DNA of 64,000 bases, taken from positions 1-64,000 of the IMG/VR virus record IMGVR_UViG_3300042924_004713; one strand, given 5' to 3'. The stretch is from a virus. The first letter of the stretch is position 1; every line of letters starts with the position of its first letter. A program made the position numbers and the translations under genes. Of this stretch, positions 28,895 to 37,494 are shown piece by piece. The notes below the pieces were generated by a model. It was not told the origin of the DNA and made no database searches. It saw nothing but the letters and a program-made list of their open reading frames with translations.

Positions 28895-29258
28895 AGAATT
28901 TGTAAAAAAGTCCGCCACTGAAGCTGAAATGCCCTGGAAGGATGCAGTGGATGCAGGTGCCATGACCACACAACAGGGTGCCAAAATAGCTGCCAGTGAT
29001 ATTTCTCAAGCCATTGGTGATTTGGAAAAAAATCAAGCTGCCATTGGTAAAGAAATTGCCACACAAAGAGCTGCTGCCAATTCAGTGCCCTCCAACGTAC
29101 AAGTGACCAGCATGAAGCCAGATGGCAGTTGGACCGGACGTGAGCTACCCAAAACTACTAAAATTGGTCCTATTTCAATTACACGAGGCAGCGGTAATCC
29201 TGTAGCCGGCGGTGCAGTGAAAAAAGCACCACCTGCCTATCCCCCAGGCGCCATCTAA
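28884..29258 (+). CDS. Hypothetical protein with MRAKEF tag
   Basis: SD AGGAG; ORF. Confidence 0.65.
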   Translation: MRAKEFVKKSATEAEMPWKDAVDAGAMTTQQGAKIAASDISQAIGDLEKNQAAIGKEIATQRAAANSVPSNVQVTSMKPDGSWTGRELPKTTKIGPISITRGSGNPVAGGAVKKAPPAYPPGAI

Positions 29259-29323
29259 AAATACACCTGCTGATTTCAGGCCACTAAGTACCAGGCGAAA
29301 ATTCGCTTTTTATAGGAGACTTT

Positions 29324-30262
29324 ATGGCAACCAAAAAACCGGCCAAAAAAACAGCAGCGCCAGCTAAGAAAGCAGCCGCTCCTGTAGCCAAAAAACCCGT
29401 GGCAAAAGCAGCCAAGGCCAAACCCAAGGCTCGAGCCAAACCCCGTGCGCAGGTAGTTGAAGCTGTGGAACAGGAACTGGAATTCAAACCAGTGAGCAGT
29501 TTCTTGAGCATGCATGCTGCCATGGATCCCGAGGCACAAGCAGCCATGATCGCAGAGCAGACCAAACGTGCGTTTGATGTTGAAGCCTATGTACAATTTA
29601 ATGTGGCTCAAACACAGGTAGCAAGATCAATCGTTGAAGAAAACGTCACTGACGCCATGCAGAGCTGGGCTATCAATGCCGGTGGTAATCGTGAAATGAT
29701 CATGCGTACCACAGACGATGTTTATCGCAATCGTCTCATGATGTTGAATCTGTTGAAGCCCGAGAATCCTGTGGAAGCAGCGTTTCAGGAAAGCATGATC
29801 AACAAGACCAAACTGGAATATCTGCAACATCGTAATGTCATGAACCGTCGCATGGCTGATATTGCATATGAAATGGCCAATGCTATCAAGGCCATTGGTG
29901 CAGCGTCGGAGAAATTCTATAATGCCAACGAAGAAATGGCAGCATTTATCAACGACACCGCAGACGAAAATGCAGTATGGTTTGATGGTGAGCTGCGTAA
30001 AATGATGCGTGAAGCCTCAAATGTCACAAATGATCAGCGTATTCAGCACACCATGGAAGTGAGTCAGCTGCTAGCAAATGATGCACAAACAGGCCGTGCT
30101 CGTATTCGCGAAGTTGCAGAATTTGCACAGGGTCTTGGTGACAGTCTGCAGGAACTGCAAGAGTCAGGCAATGAACTGCGCGAAGAAGTGATTAATATTC
30201 GTGAAAAGATCGACGCAGGTCAACGCCGTATCGCTGACACCATTGTAAACAAGCGTAAATAA
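29324..30262 (+). CDS. Coiled-coil protein with histone-H1-like Lys/Ala/Pro N-terminus
   Basis: KKPAKKTAAPAKKAAAPVAKK; SD AGGAG; TAAGTA upstream. Confidence 0.75.
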   Translation: MATKKPAKKTAAPAKKAAAPVAKKPVAKAAKAKPKARAKPRAQVVEAVEQELEFKPVSSFLSMHAAMDPEAQAAMIAEQTKRAFDVEAYVQFNVAQTQVARSIVEENVTDAMQSWAINAGGNREMIMRTTDDVYRNRLMMLNLLKPENPVEAAFQESMINKTKLEYLQHRNVMNRRMADIAYEMANAIKAIGAASEKFYNANEEMAAFINDTADENAVWFDGELRKMMREASNVTNDQRIQHTMEVSQLLANDAQTGRARIREVAEFAQGLGDSLQELQESGNELREEVINIREKIDAGQRRIADTIVNKRK

Positions 30263-30264
30263 AT

Positions 30265-30516
30265 GTGGCCCAGATACGTTGGTGCTGGCGTTGGTACGAT
30301 GGACATACCGCAGTAGCTAGAAACAGTCTGCGTAGGTCCCGTATACTAAACCAGTTACGCCGTATACATAGACAACACCCCGCTTTGAAATTCACAGTCA
30401 AACGCGGGGAGTTTTTTATAGAAGCATGGTTTGTGGATACAAATGATCTGCTGATATTTGCTTTGATATGGCCACCAACTTGTCCTGTGTGGGAGAAATT
30501 TGATGATATTTCCTGA
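30265..30516 (+). CDS. Hypothetical protein
   Basis: ORF fills the gap between genes. Confidence 0.5.
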   Translation: MAQIRWCWRWYDGHTAVARNSLRRSRILNQLRRIHRQHPALKFTVKRGEFFIEAWFVDTNDLLIFALIWPPTCPVWEKFDDIS

Positions 30517-30787
30517 TATGCCTAAACGTCAACACTGGTGGGATCAACACACTGAACCTGTGTCGCCAGTTGCAGTTGAAACCCACACTGTGGTTGTGCC
30601 AGAACTCACGGCTGTCAGCGCCGAAGAATGGTTTGCCAAACATTTTCCAGACACAGTGCCCACAGCTTTGCCCAGTCACCGTGAGCCTTTTGACTGGCGT
30701 AAAGATCCACGGGGCACAGCAGAATTTGCTGCGCTGTGTGGGTTCTTGATAGCATGGGTAGCCTACTGGTATCAAGTATCTCACTAA
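30503..30787 (+). CDS. Hypothetical protein with C-terminal TM helix
   Basis: ORF; hydrophobic C-terminus. Confidence 0.5.
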   Translation: MIFPDMPKRQHWWDQHTEPVSPVAVETHTVVVPELTAVSAEEWFAKHFPDTVPTALPSHREPFDWRKDPRGTAEFAALCGFLIAWVAYWYQVSH

Positions 30788-30794
30788 ATAATTG

Positions 30795-31010
30795 ATGCGC
30801 TTGAATGAACTATTTGAAAACTTGGTACAAAACTATGATCTATACCAAGCTCAGGTGAAAATACAGCAGCCTGGTTATCTAGGACGTATCAACGTCACGG
30901 TGAGTGCGCCCAGCGCCGCTGCGGCACGAGCACTGATCAAAGCACAGTATAATGTAAAAACACATGATATTGGCCAAGTTCGTCGCATGCCCGCAGGAAA
31001 GAAACTATAA
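30795..31010 (+). CDS. Small protein with MRLNELFE tag
   Basis: TAAATA 30785-30790 directly upstream. Confidence 0.7.
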   Translation: MRLNELFENLVQNYDLYQAQVKIQQPGYLGRINVTVSAPSAAAARALIKAQYNVKTHDIGQVRRMPAGKKL

Positions 31011-31432
31011 TGCGTGCTAGAGAGTTTGTTCCAAGAGCCTGGTATGTAACAGTAAACGGTGATCCTGGCATTCTCACAAGAAACACCACACCTGGTGAAC
31101 AGCCCTGGAGAGTCACTTGGTTTGATAGAGAAGATCATGAACCCAATGGTCACACGGACATCAGCAAACTACAAGCCCGTCAGATTCAACGCGGTAACAA
31201 CATAGAAGTTGTAGATCAAGACATAATTTACTATATAGATGCCGGTGAAGAACTTGCGGAAAACAGTTTGTTCTGGCGCCAATATCCTTGTACCAAAGAC
31301 TGTTCAGGTCACCAAGCAGGTGATTCCTGGGCACAGGCACGCGGTATCACAGATGTAACACAATGCCCTCCTGGCAACAGCAACAGCTGGTGGGAAGGCT
31401 GCAAAAGCGAAGCCGAAAAACGTCCTTATTAA
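31010..31432 (+). CDS. Two-module protein with MRAREF tag and Cys-rich tail
   Basis: CTKDCSGHQAG...C...WWEGC after ELAE. Confidence 0.7.
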   Translation: MRAREFVPRAWYVTVNGDPGILTRNTTPGEQPWRVTWFDREDHEPNGHTDISKLQARQIQRGNNIEVVDQDIIYYIDAGEELAENSLFWRQYPCTKDCSGHQAGDSWAQARGITDVTQCPPGNSNSWWEGCKSEAEKRPY

Positions 31433-31435
31433 GCT

Positions 31436-33334
31436 ATGAAACAAAATGTGTATCTTTATGCTCCTAACTTTGAGTCAGGACATGGAAATGTAACGTCGGT
31501 GTGGCTACCCTATACAGTGGGCTGTATCTGGAGTTACGCCATGACCGATCAAAGGCTACGAGATAACTTTAATTTGTGTGGTCTTGGGTTCCTGCGTGAT
31601 CCAGTTGATCAAGTGGTTGATAGTCTTGACAACCCAGCGGTGTGTGGATTTAGTACCTATATCTGGAACGAAAACTACAACCTTGCTCTCAGTAAGGCTA
31701 TCAAGCAAAGGTATCCCAATTGCTTGATCTTGTTTGGTGGTCCTAATGTGCCCAATGAAGAAGAAGTTCTGCGACAGTGGCGCAAGGATCATGCCTGGAT
31801 TGATGTATCCATTAGATACGAGGGAGAAATTGCGTTTAAAAATGTGTTGCATGATATTCTTGACAACAAGGTCAAAAGAGACTATGTGGCACATAGAGTA
31901 GAAGATCTTGAAGTGCCTAGTCCTTATCTAACCGGACTGTTTGACGACATTGTCAAAGACAAACAATTCATGTACTCCATGACCATTGAGACCAATCGTG
32001 GTTGTCCATTTCCCTGTACCTTTTGCGACTGGGGTAGTTTGACCTATGCCAAGATCAAGAAATTTCCCTTGGAAAAAGTTTTTGCAGAAATAGAGTGGTC
32101 AGGACGTAACCAAATTGAGTTTATTAGTCTAGCTGATGCTAACTTTGGCGTGTTTCCTGAGCGTGATCAAGCCATTGCCGAATGTTTTATTGAAACCAAG
32201 AAAAAATATGGGTATCCACAGCAGATCAGTTGTACATGGTACAAAAACTCCAATGAAGTAATTTTAAACATAGCCGAGGATCTTACACGTCATGGCCTAA
32301 ACCGTGGACTCACACTAAGTGTACAAAGCATGCACGAGCCCACGCTCACTGCTATCAAACGCAAGAACATGAAGATCAATGATCAGAGTCTGCTGTTTCA
32401 AGAATGCAATCGTAGACACATACCTTTTTATACCGAGCTGATTCTAGGCATGCCCGAAGAAACACTGGCCAGCTGGCGTCAAGGCCATTTGGATCTAATT
32501 GAAATGGGCCAGCATGGTTGTGTGTACATGGCTCCCATTGAGCTGCTGCGCAACGCAGAAATGACCAAACAGATTGATCAGTACAAGATCAAAAGCACAG
32601 TGATATCTGACTATTGGACCTGTGCTCGCAGCGGTATCAGCGAGTGCCAACACATAGCCACGGAAACCAATACCATGTCCACTGATGACATGATAGATGC
32701 TACTATTTTTTCCTGGATGATAATTTCATTTCATCATCACGGCTGGACAGAGCTATATTCAAGATATCTACACAAGCGTGGCTGGAGCTACAAACAGATC
32801 TACGATAATCTTGAAACATGGTTAATGAGCCACCCTTACTACAGCCAACAAATAGCAAAGTTTAGAAGCACAGTGAGTGATTTTTACCATCACAGTAGAA
32901 GCATTGAATACTATGCTCTCTGGGAAGGCGTAAAAAACATGTATGTGGATAGACAACAACATCTTGACAACATAGCAGCATGGTTTCAAACTCTTTGTCA
33001 AGATGACTGCTGCGATGAAATAATTGAACTACAAAGGCATTGGATAATTGATCCATATGGAACCAGTAAGAACACAGTGGAACTGCCCAGTAACTTGATC
33101 TATTGGATATTAGATCTAGAACCCGTGGTAACCAAATCCCCCATACAGTGTGAATTTTCCACTAGCCAAACCGAGTCATGGGCTAACCTAGAGGAGTTCC
33201 TGAGTTTTGTTGTGCTACGCAGAAAAGAAAGTTTTGGCAAAGCCATTGTTAATATTTTGCCGCAACAAACACCAGCTGATTTTGAACTAAATATGGAATG
33301 TCCAATGACATTGTCAAACTTGTCTGTAAGCTAG
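31436..33334 (+). CDS. B12-binding-domain radical SAM protein
   Basis: GFSTYIWN, GGP, EGE, RGCPFPCTFC (CxxxCxxC), DANFG, ELILGMPEET. Confidence 0.9.
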   Translation: MKQNVYLYAPNFESGHGNVTSVWLPYTVGCIWSYAMTDQRLRDNFNLCGLGFLRDPVDQVVDSLDNPAVCGFSTYIWNENYNLALSKAIKQRYPNCLILFGGPNVPNEEEVLRQWRKDHAWIDVSIRYEGEIAFKNVLHDILDNKVKRDYVAHRVEDLEVPSPYLTGLFDDIVKDKQFMYSMTIETNRGCPFPCTFCDWGSLTYAKIKKFPLEKVFAEIEWSGRNQIEFISLADANFGVFPERDQAIAECFIETKKKYGYPQQISCTWYKNSNEVILNIAEDLTRHGLNRGLTLSVQSMHEPTLTAIKRKNMKINDQSLLFQECNRRHIPFYTELILGMPEETLASWRQGHLDLIEMGQHGCVYMAPIELLRNAEMTKQIDQYKIKSTVISDYWTCARSGISECQHIATETNTMSTDDMIDATIFSWMIISFHHHGWTELYSRYLHKRGWSYKQIYDNLETWLMSHPYYSQQIAKFRSTVSDFYHHSRSIEYYALWEGVKNMYVDRQQHLDNIAAWFQTLCQDDCCDEIIELQRHWIIDPYGTSKNTVELPSNLIYWILDLEPVVTKSPIQCEFSTSQTESWANLEEFLSFVVLRRKESFGKAIVNILPQQTPADFELNMECPMTLSNLSVS

Positions 33335-33585
33335 ATTGCCGCTGGGAAGGGCTTGCCCCAACCTATCGCGCCTGGGTCAACAATGAGCTGTTTACCGAAC
33401 GCACTTGGATTTGGACTGAAAACTATATTGAAGAAATATTTCAAGTCAAGGCCATACCCGGAAAATACCGTATTAGATTTGAGTTGGTACAGCCCTGTCT
33501 AGCGGACTTGATTTTTCTAGAAATGCGAGCATTGCACGGTCCAGTGCGTGTAAAAAGTGGTGGCATATTTTTGATTGATTCTTAA
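33298..33585 (+). CDS. Hypothetical protein
   Basis: TAAATA 33288-33293 upstream. Confidence 0.6.
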   Translation: MSNDIVKLVCKLDCRWEGLAPTYRAWVNNELFTERTWIWTENYIEEIFQVKAIPGKYRIRFELVQPCLADLIFLEMRALHGPVRVKSGGIFLIDS

Positions 33586-33586
33586 C

Positions 33587-33763
33587 ATGAGAGCAAGAGA
33601 ATTCATAGGCGAAGATGTATCAACTACCAGCGCCAGTATTGCCCCGGTTGCACAGAGCCTGGGACACATGCCAATGATCAGTCGCATGGGCCGAGTGCCT
33701 ACTGTGCATAAATATCAGACTAGAAAACCTAAACGGACTAAAAATGCTGGCAGAATCGCTTAA
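33587..33763 (+). CDS. Small basic protein with MRAREFIGE tag
   Basis: Shared N-terminal tag. Confidence 0.65.
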   Translation: MRAREFIGEDVSTTSASIAPVAQSLGHMPMISRMGRVPTVHKYQTRKPKRTKNAGRIA

Positions 33764-34187
33764 AACTATATTGGCTTCAAGCTACGCTTATGTGATCAAA
33801 GCGCAGTTTTTTCATTGGAACGTAGAAGGGCCTGACTTTGCTCAACTGCATGATTTCTTTGGCAAGATCTACGAAGAAGTCTATGACAATTCCATTGATC
33901 GCTGTGCTGAATTCATCAGAGTACTTGATGACTACGCTCCGGGTAGTTTTGAACGATTCGCGGAACTGTCTATTATATCTGGACAAATCAAAGTACCTCG
34001 TGCTCGACTCATGCTGGAAGAACTATTACAAGATACAAATAATATGTTGGCATTGTTAAACACTGCGTTTCAAGAAGCAGATGCAGATCAACAGCAAGGT
34101 ATTGCTGACTTTCTGGCCGAACGAATTGACGCCATGGGCAAACATCGTTGGATGTTGAGATCGTTTCTCAAGGAAGCACGAGCATGA
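33744..34187 (+). CDS. dps: Dps/ferritin-family protein
   Basis: HWNVEGPDFAQLHDFF, DRCAE, KHRWML. Confidence 0.92.
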   Translation: MLAESLKTILASSYAYVIKAQFFHWNVEGPDFAQLHDFFGKIYEEVYDNSIDRCAEFIRVLDDYAPGSFERFAELSIISGQIKVPRARLMLEELLQDTNNMLALLNTAFQEADADQQQGIADFLAERIDAMGKHRWMLRSFLKEARA

Positions 34188-35065
34188 ACGATATCTACAC
34201 CATCCTAGCCAGACTGGAAGCCATACAAGAAGGCAGTACCACGCCAACTAAACTGTCAAAAGATCTCAACCCGCAACAAAAAGCAGTGCCTCAATTGCCT
34301 GCTCTGTTCAAGCCTAATAAGATTTCAGTTCTGGGTGCCAAAACTGATCCAGATCATCCCATGCGTGGTTACGCAGTGGGTGCAAGTGAAAGTGCTGAAA
34401 CCGAAGTAGAAGAAGACTGGCGCAGTGCCGCAGCAGCAGGTGCATTGGCCGCTGCTAACCTTCTGGGTACACCGGCTCAAGCAACAGAACCTGTGAAACC
34501 AATCACAGTAGCGCATGTGACCATAGATGGTGAAACACGCACATACAATCTTGGTGATAGATTTAAAAGTTCCAAAGAAGCAGAAAAGTTTATCAGCGAT
34601 GTACTAGATCGTCAAGGGCTGTCAGGTTACAGTCTTGACATCAAGACCGGCGTGCCAAAGAACACAGACAGCACAGCAATGAAAGAACAAATAATCGCAG
34701 CCGAAGACATGCTGGGCAAAATACGTCGTGACTTAGCAGATTACCTCCGCAGCGTAGAAGATGAACTAGTGGGACGAGATAGATCACTGATACGCAAGGC
34801 CAAGCAAGAACTCGCCAAACCTGACATTGAAAAGTTTCTACCAGTCAAAGTTATCAGCACCGACGATGGTAAAGAACTCAGAATACATGGCAACGAAGAC
34901 GATGGATTTAGAATCAGTGTGCATGAAAAAATGCTACCCACTGCATTTGAAAGCCTTGAAGAAGCCAGCATGGCCTGCGAAATGTACTGTGCTCGTAGGC
35001 GTGGCCAGCCCATGGAAGCCAATCCAGACTACGTGGATGAGCGCGACAGCACAGCAAAGCATTAG
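34184..35065 (+). CDS. Modular hypothetical protein with internal signal-peptide-like segment
   Basis: MNDIYTILARLEAIQE; internal VEEDWRSAAAAGALAAANLLGTPAQA. Confidence 0.7.
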   Translation: MNDIYTILARLEAIQEGSTTPTKLSKDLNPQQKAVPQLPALFKPNKISVLGAKTDPDHPMRGYAVGASESAETEVEEDWRSAAAAGALAAANLLGTPAQATEPVKPITVAHVTIDGETRTYNLGDRFKSSKEAEKFISDVLDRQGLSGYSLDIKTGVPKNTDSTAMKEQIIAAEDMLGKIRRDLADYLRSVEDELVGRDRSLIRKAKQELAKPDIEKFLPVKVISTDDGKELRIHGNEDDGFRISVHEKMLPTAFESLEEASMACEMYCARRRGQPMEANPDYVDERDSTAKH

Positions 35066-35067
35066 AT

Positions 35068-35149
35068 GACCACCTTAGGACCGTAAGTGTTGGTCGTAGG
35101 CGGCTGCTGCCTGTGAACTAGAACCGCTACCTCTCGTTCCAAAGTGAGC
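35068..35149 (+). ncRNA. Candidate structured RNA (three hairpins, possible pseudoknot), family not recognised
   Basis: GC-rich intergenic; GACCA/TGGTC with CTTA/TAAG; AGGCGG/CTGCCT; GAAC.AGA/TCT.GTTC. Confidence 0.5.
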
Positions 35150-35168
35150 TTTTATAATAACAATAATA

Positions 35169-35372
35169 ATGATCTACACCAGATGGATCGACGACGAAGA
35201 ATGGTACCATGTGTGCAATGATCATGGCGACTGTTTGATCCACACACGCAACCGACAACTGGCCTATTTTGTAGAACAACACAGTCGTGGTCTACCCCGT
35301 GGTTTATATCTGAGCATTGGCGGAGATCGACGTAGAGATAAAAAGCGTCCGTTGTTTAGGCGTCAACGCTGA
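35169..35372 (+). CDS. Hypothetical protein
   Basis: ORF. Confidence 0.5.
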   Translation: MIYTRWIDDEEWYHVCNDHGDCLIHTRNRQLAYFVEQHSRGLPRGLYLSIGGDRRRDKKRPLFRRQR

Positions 35373-36109
35373 CGCTGCCAAACATACCTTGCACCACGAT
35401 TTAGCGTTTGATCCTGAGTTTCACCAATGAATCCTTGATAGGCTGACATCACAGGCGTTTGTCCTAGAGCTTCGCTGATCATGGGCACAACACTGAGATG
35501 ATCTATACGAATGTCCATGCACAGCCTGCCTCCAATTCGCAAACTTTGCAACACCTGTGGCCAGTACATTTCAAACGGTAGATGCCAACACCAGCACCAT
35601 GTGCTGATCACAAGATCTAGATCCTGTGGCCAAGGGCTATCTGGTGGTTGGAGCACGAAACGCTGCCTAGCCAACTGGTTCGCTGTTAACAATTCTTCAA
35701 CCACGGGCCAAGAATTATAATAGGGATGATCTGATCCATGTCTGACATAGTATGCAGGATCATAGGTAAAGTCGTTTTGATCAACCAGCCAAAATCTAGA
35801 TTCTGGAAGTATCTTGGCAGCTATGATGTCCAGTATGCCTAATCCAGAACCAAGGTCCAATATCCTAGCATCAGCAGCTAGATCAAACGCACCTAGACGT
35901 TCGCATCTTTGCCAGTGCCATGTATAATATTCTGACAGTTTACCGGAAAGATCAGGAGCTGCACTGTTGATAAAATTACCGGTTTGAATTTTAACTAGAT
36001 TCTCACAGAGAGGATCTATAGGAAACTGTAGATCAACATTTTGGAATTTAGTTACAACAGAAAAATCTATCTGTGGAAATGTGGGTTTGAAAGTCAAAAC
36101 AGTTGACAC
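35363..36109 (-). CDS. Class I SAM-dependent methyltransferase
   Basis: ILDLGSGLG, WLVD, DLVIS, LRIGG; start uncertain. Confidence 0.8.
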   Translation of the reverse strand: MSTVLTFKPTFPQIDFSVVTKFQNVDLQFPIDPLCENLVKIQTGNFINSAAPDLSGKLSEYYTWHWQRCERLGAFDLAADARILDLGSGLGILDIIAAKILPESRFWLVDQNDFTYDPAYYVRHGSDHPYYNSWPVVEELLTANQLARQRFVLQPPDSPWPQDLDLVISTWCWCWHLPFEMYWPQVLQSLRIGGRLCMDIRIDHLSVVPMISEALGQTPVMSAYQGFIGETQDQTLNRGARYVWQRQR

Positions 36110-36131
36110 CTATTGAAGTAGAAGCTAAAAT
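36103..36131 (+). promoter_or_regulatory. Sigma70-like promoter
   Basis: TTGACA-17 nt-TAAAAT. Confidence 0.8.
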
Positions 36132-36149
36132 ACTTATCTAGGAGGATTT

Positions 36150-36407
36150 ATGAACCGAACATTCAGTGCAGAACAAAAAGCCAAACTCACGCAATTGATC
36201 AACGAAGGCATGCAGGTCATGCACGAAGTTGAAACACTCAATGGTGGTTTGAGCGACACTATCAAGGCAGTTGCAGAAGAATTGGAAATCAAACCCAATG
36301 TTTTGAAAAAAGCCATTAGACTCGCTCACAAAGCTGAATTTGGCAAAGAACAGCAGGATCATGCACTACTAGAAGAGATTCTTACCACAGTAGGCAAGAC
36401 TTTGTGA
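36150..36407 (+). CDS. Small dsDNA-binding protein (T4 DsbA/GapR-like)
   Basis: Size and helical pattern (IKAVAEELEIKPNVLKKAIRLAHK); SD AGGAGG. Confidence 0.55.
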   Translation: MNRTFSAEQKAKLTQLINEGMQVMHEVETLNGGLSDTIKAVAEELEIKPNVLKKAIRLAHKAEFGKEQQDHALLEEILTTVGKTL

Positions 36408-37450
36408 CCCGTAGAATCATTTTATTTGATTCAAAAAACTATCAAAACCAGGTCTGTCTAAGTCCGTTTGTCAGTGTTGAAATAGATGTACAAGGTAATG
36501 TGCGAATGTGTGGCTGTCAGGCCTGGATGCCCACCATCGTAGGAAATCTGTTTGAACAGAGTTTGCCAGAGATGTTGTCGTCGCCTTTGGCTCGTGCTAT
36601 TAGAACCAGTATAGCCGATGGAACCTATAGATACTGCAATGAAAAAACCTGTGGTATTATTGCCAGTGGAGCACTGAACAGTGTTCACACAGTTCCACCA
36701 GAAGTCGCACTGCAACTCAAAGACAACACCAGATGGAGCTTGCCACATGAAATTTTCTTGGCAGGTGACTTGACCTGTAATCTAAGCTGTCCAAGCTGTA
36801 GGAACAGTGTGATCACAGTGCCTGATCACGAAGTAGAGCAACAGATGCGGCTTGGTGAAATTCTCAGAGCTAATCTTTTTCCTGAACCCACTGATCAGTC
36901 AATAAAAATACATGTCAGCACCAGTGGTGAGGTGTTTGCAAGCCCAAGACTACTGTCTTTTATCAACAGCCTGGATGTTGATCAGTTTCCTAATCTTAGA
37001 CTACATCTGCAGACCAATGGACTACTGATGCCTGCAAGATGGCATCGTTTGGGCAACATGGCTCAACGAGTTGACAAGGTCACAGTCACAGTTGATGCTG
37101 CCCAAGCTAATACATATGAGCTCCTAAGACGCGGCGGTCGTTGGGCCGACATTGTCAAAGCTCTGGAGTGGAGTTCAGATCACTGTGTGGCCAACAACAT
37201 TGACCTGCATCTTCGTATGGTGGTTCAACGTGACAATTGGCAGCAGATGCAAGAGTTCTATGACATGGCCATGCTATATAAAGCAACCCTGGTTGAGTTT
37301 ACTCGCATCAGCAACTGGGGGACTTTTGATGCTGTGGCCTTTGCTGAGGTTGACGTTTTTGATCCACAACATGATCAATATGTTCCAGCACAAAACCTGC
37401 TACAACAAATAAGAATTTTGCCAAATGTGTTTGTTTCTGGCGGATTATAA
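36404..37450 (+). CDS. Radical SAM protein with N-terminal SPASM/twitch-like Cys domain
   Basis: CLSPF..GNVRMC..GNL..C; TCNLSCPSC; SGE, LQTNG. Confidence 0.85.
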   Translation: MTRRIILFDSKNYQNQVCLSPFVSVEIDVQGNVRMCGCQAWMPTIVGNLFEQSLPEMLSSPLARAIRTSIADGTYRYCNEKTCGIIASGALNSVHTVPPEVALQLKDNTRWSLPHEIFLAGDLTCNLSCPSCRNSVITVPDHEVEQQMRLGEILRANLFPEPTDQSIKIHVSTSGEVFASPRLLSFINSLDVDQFPNLRLHLQTNGLLMPARWHRLGNMAQRVDKVTVTVDAAQANTYELLRRGGRWADIVKALEWSSDHCVANNIDLHLRMVVQRDNWQQMQEFYDMAMLYKATLVEFTRISNWGTFDAVAFAEVDVFDPQHDQYVPAQNLLQQIRILPNVFVSGGL

Positions 37451-37459
37451 GATTGTTTG

Positions 37460-37488
37460 TTGACATTCTTTGCTTTTTTATATACAAT
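37460..37488 (+). promoter_or_regulatory. Sigma70-like promoter; probably leaderless transcript
   Basis: TTGACA-17 nt-TACAAT, ATG 6 nt after the -10 box. Confidence 0.8.
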
Positions 37489-37494
37489 AACTAG

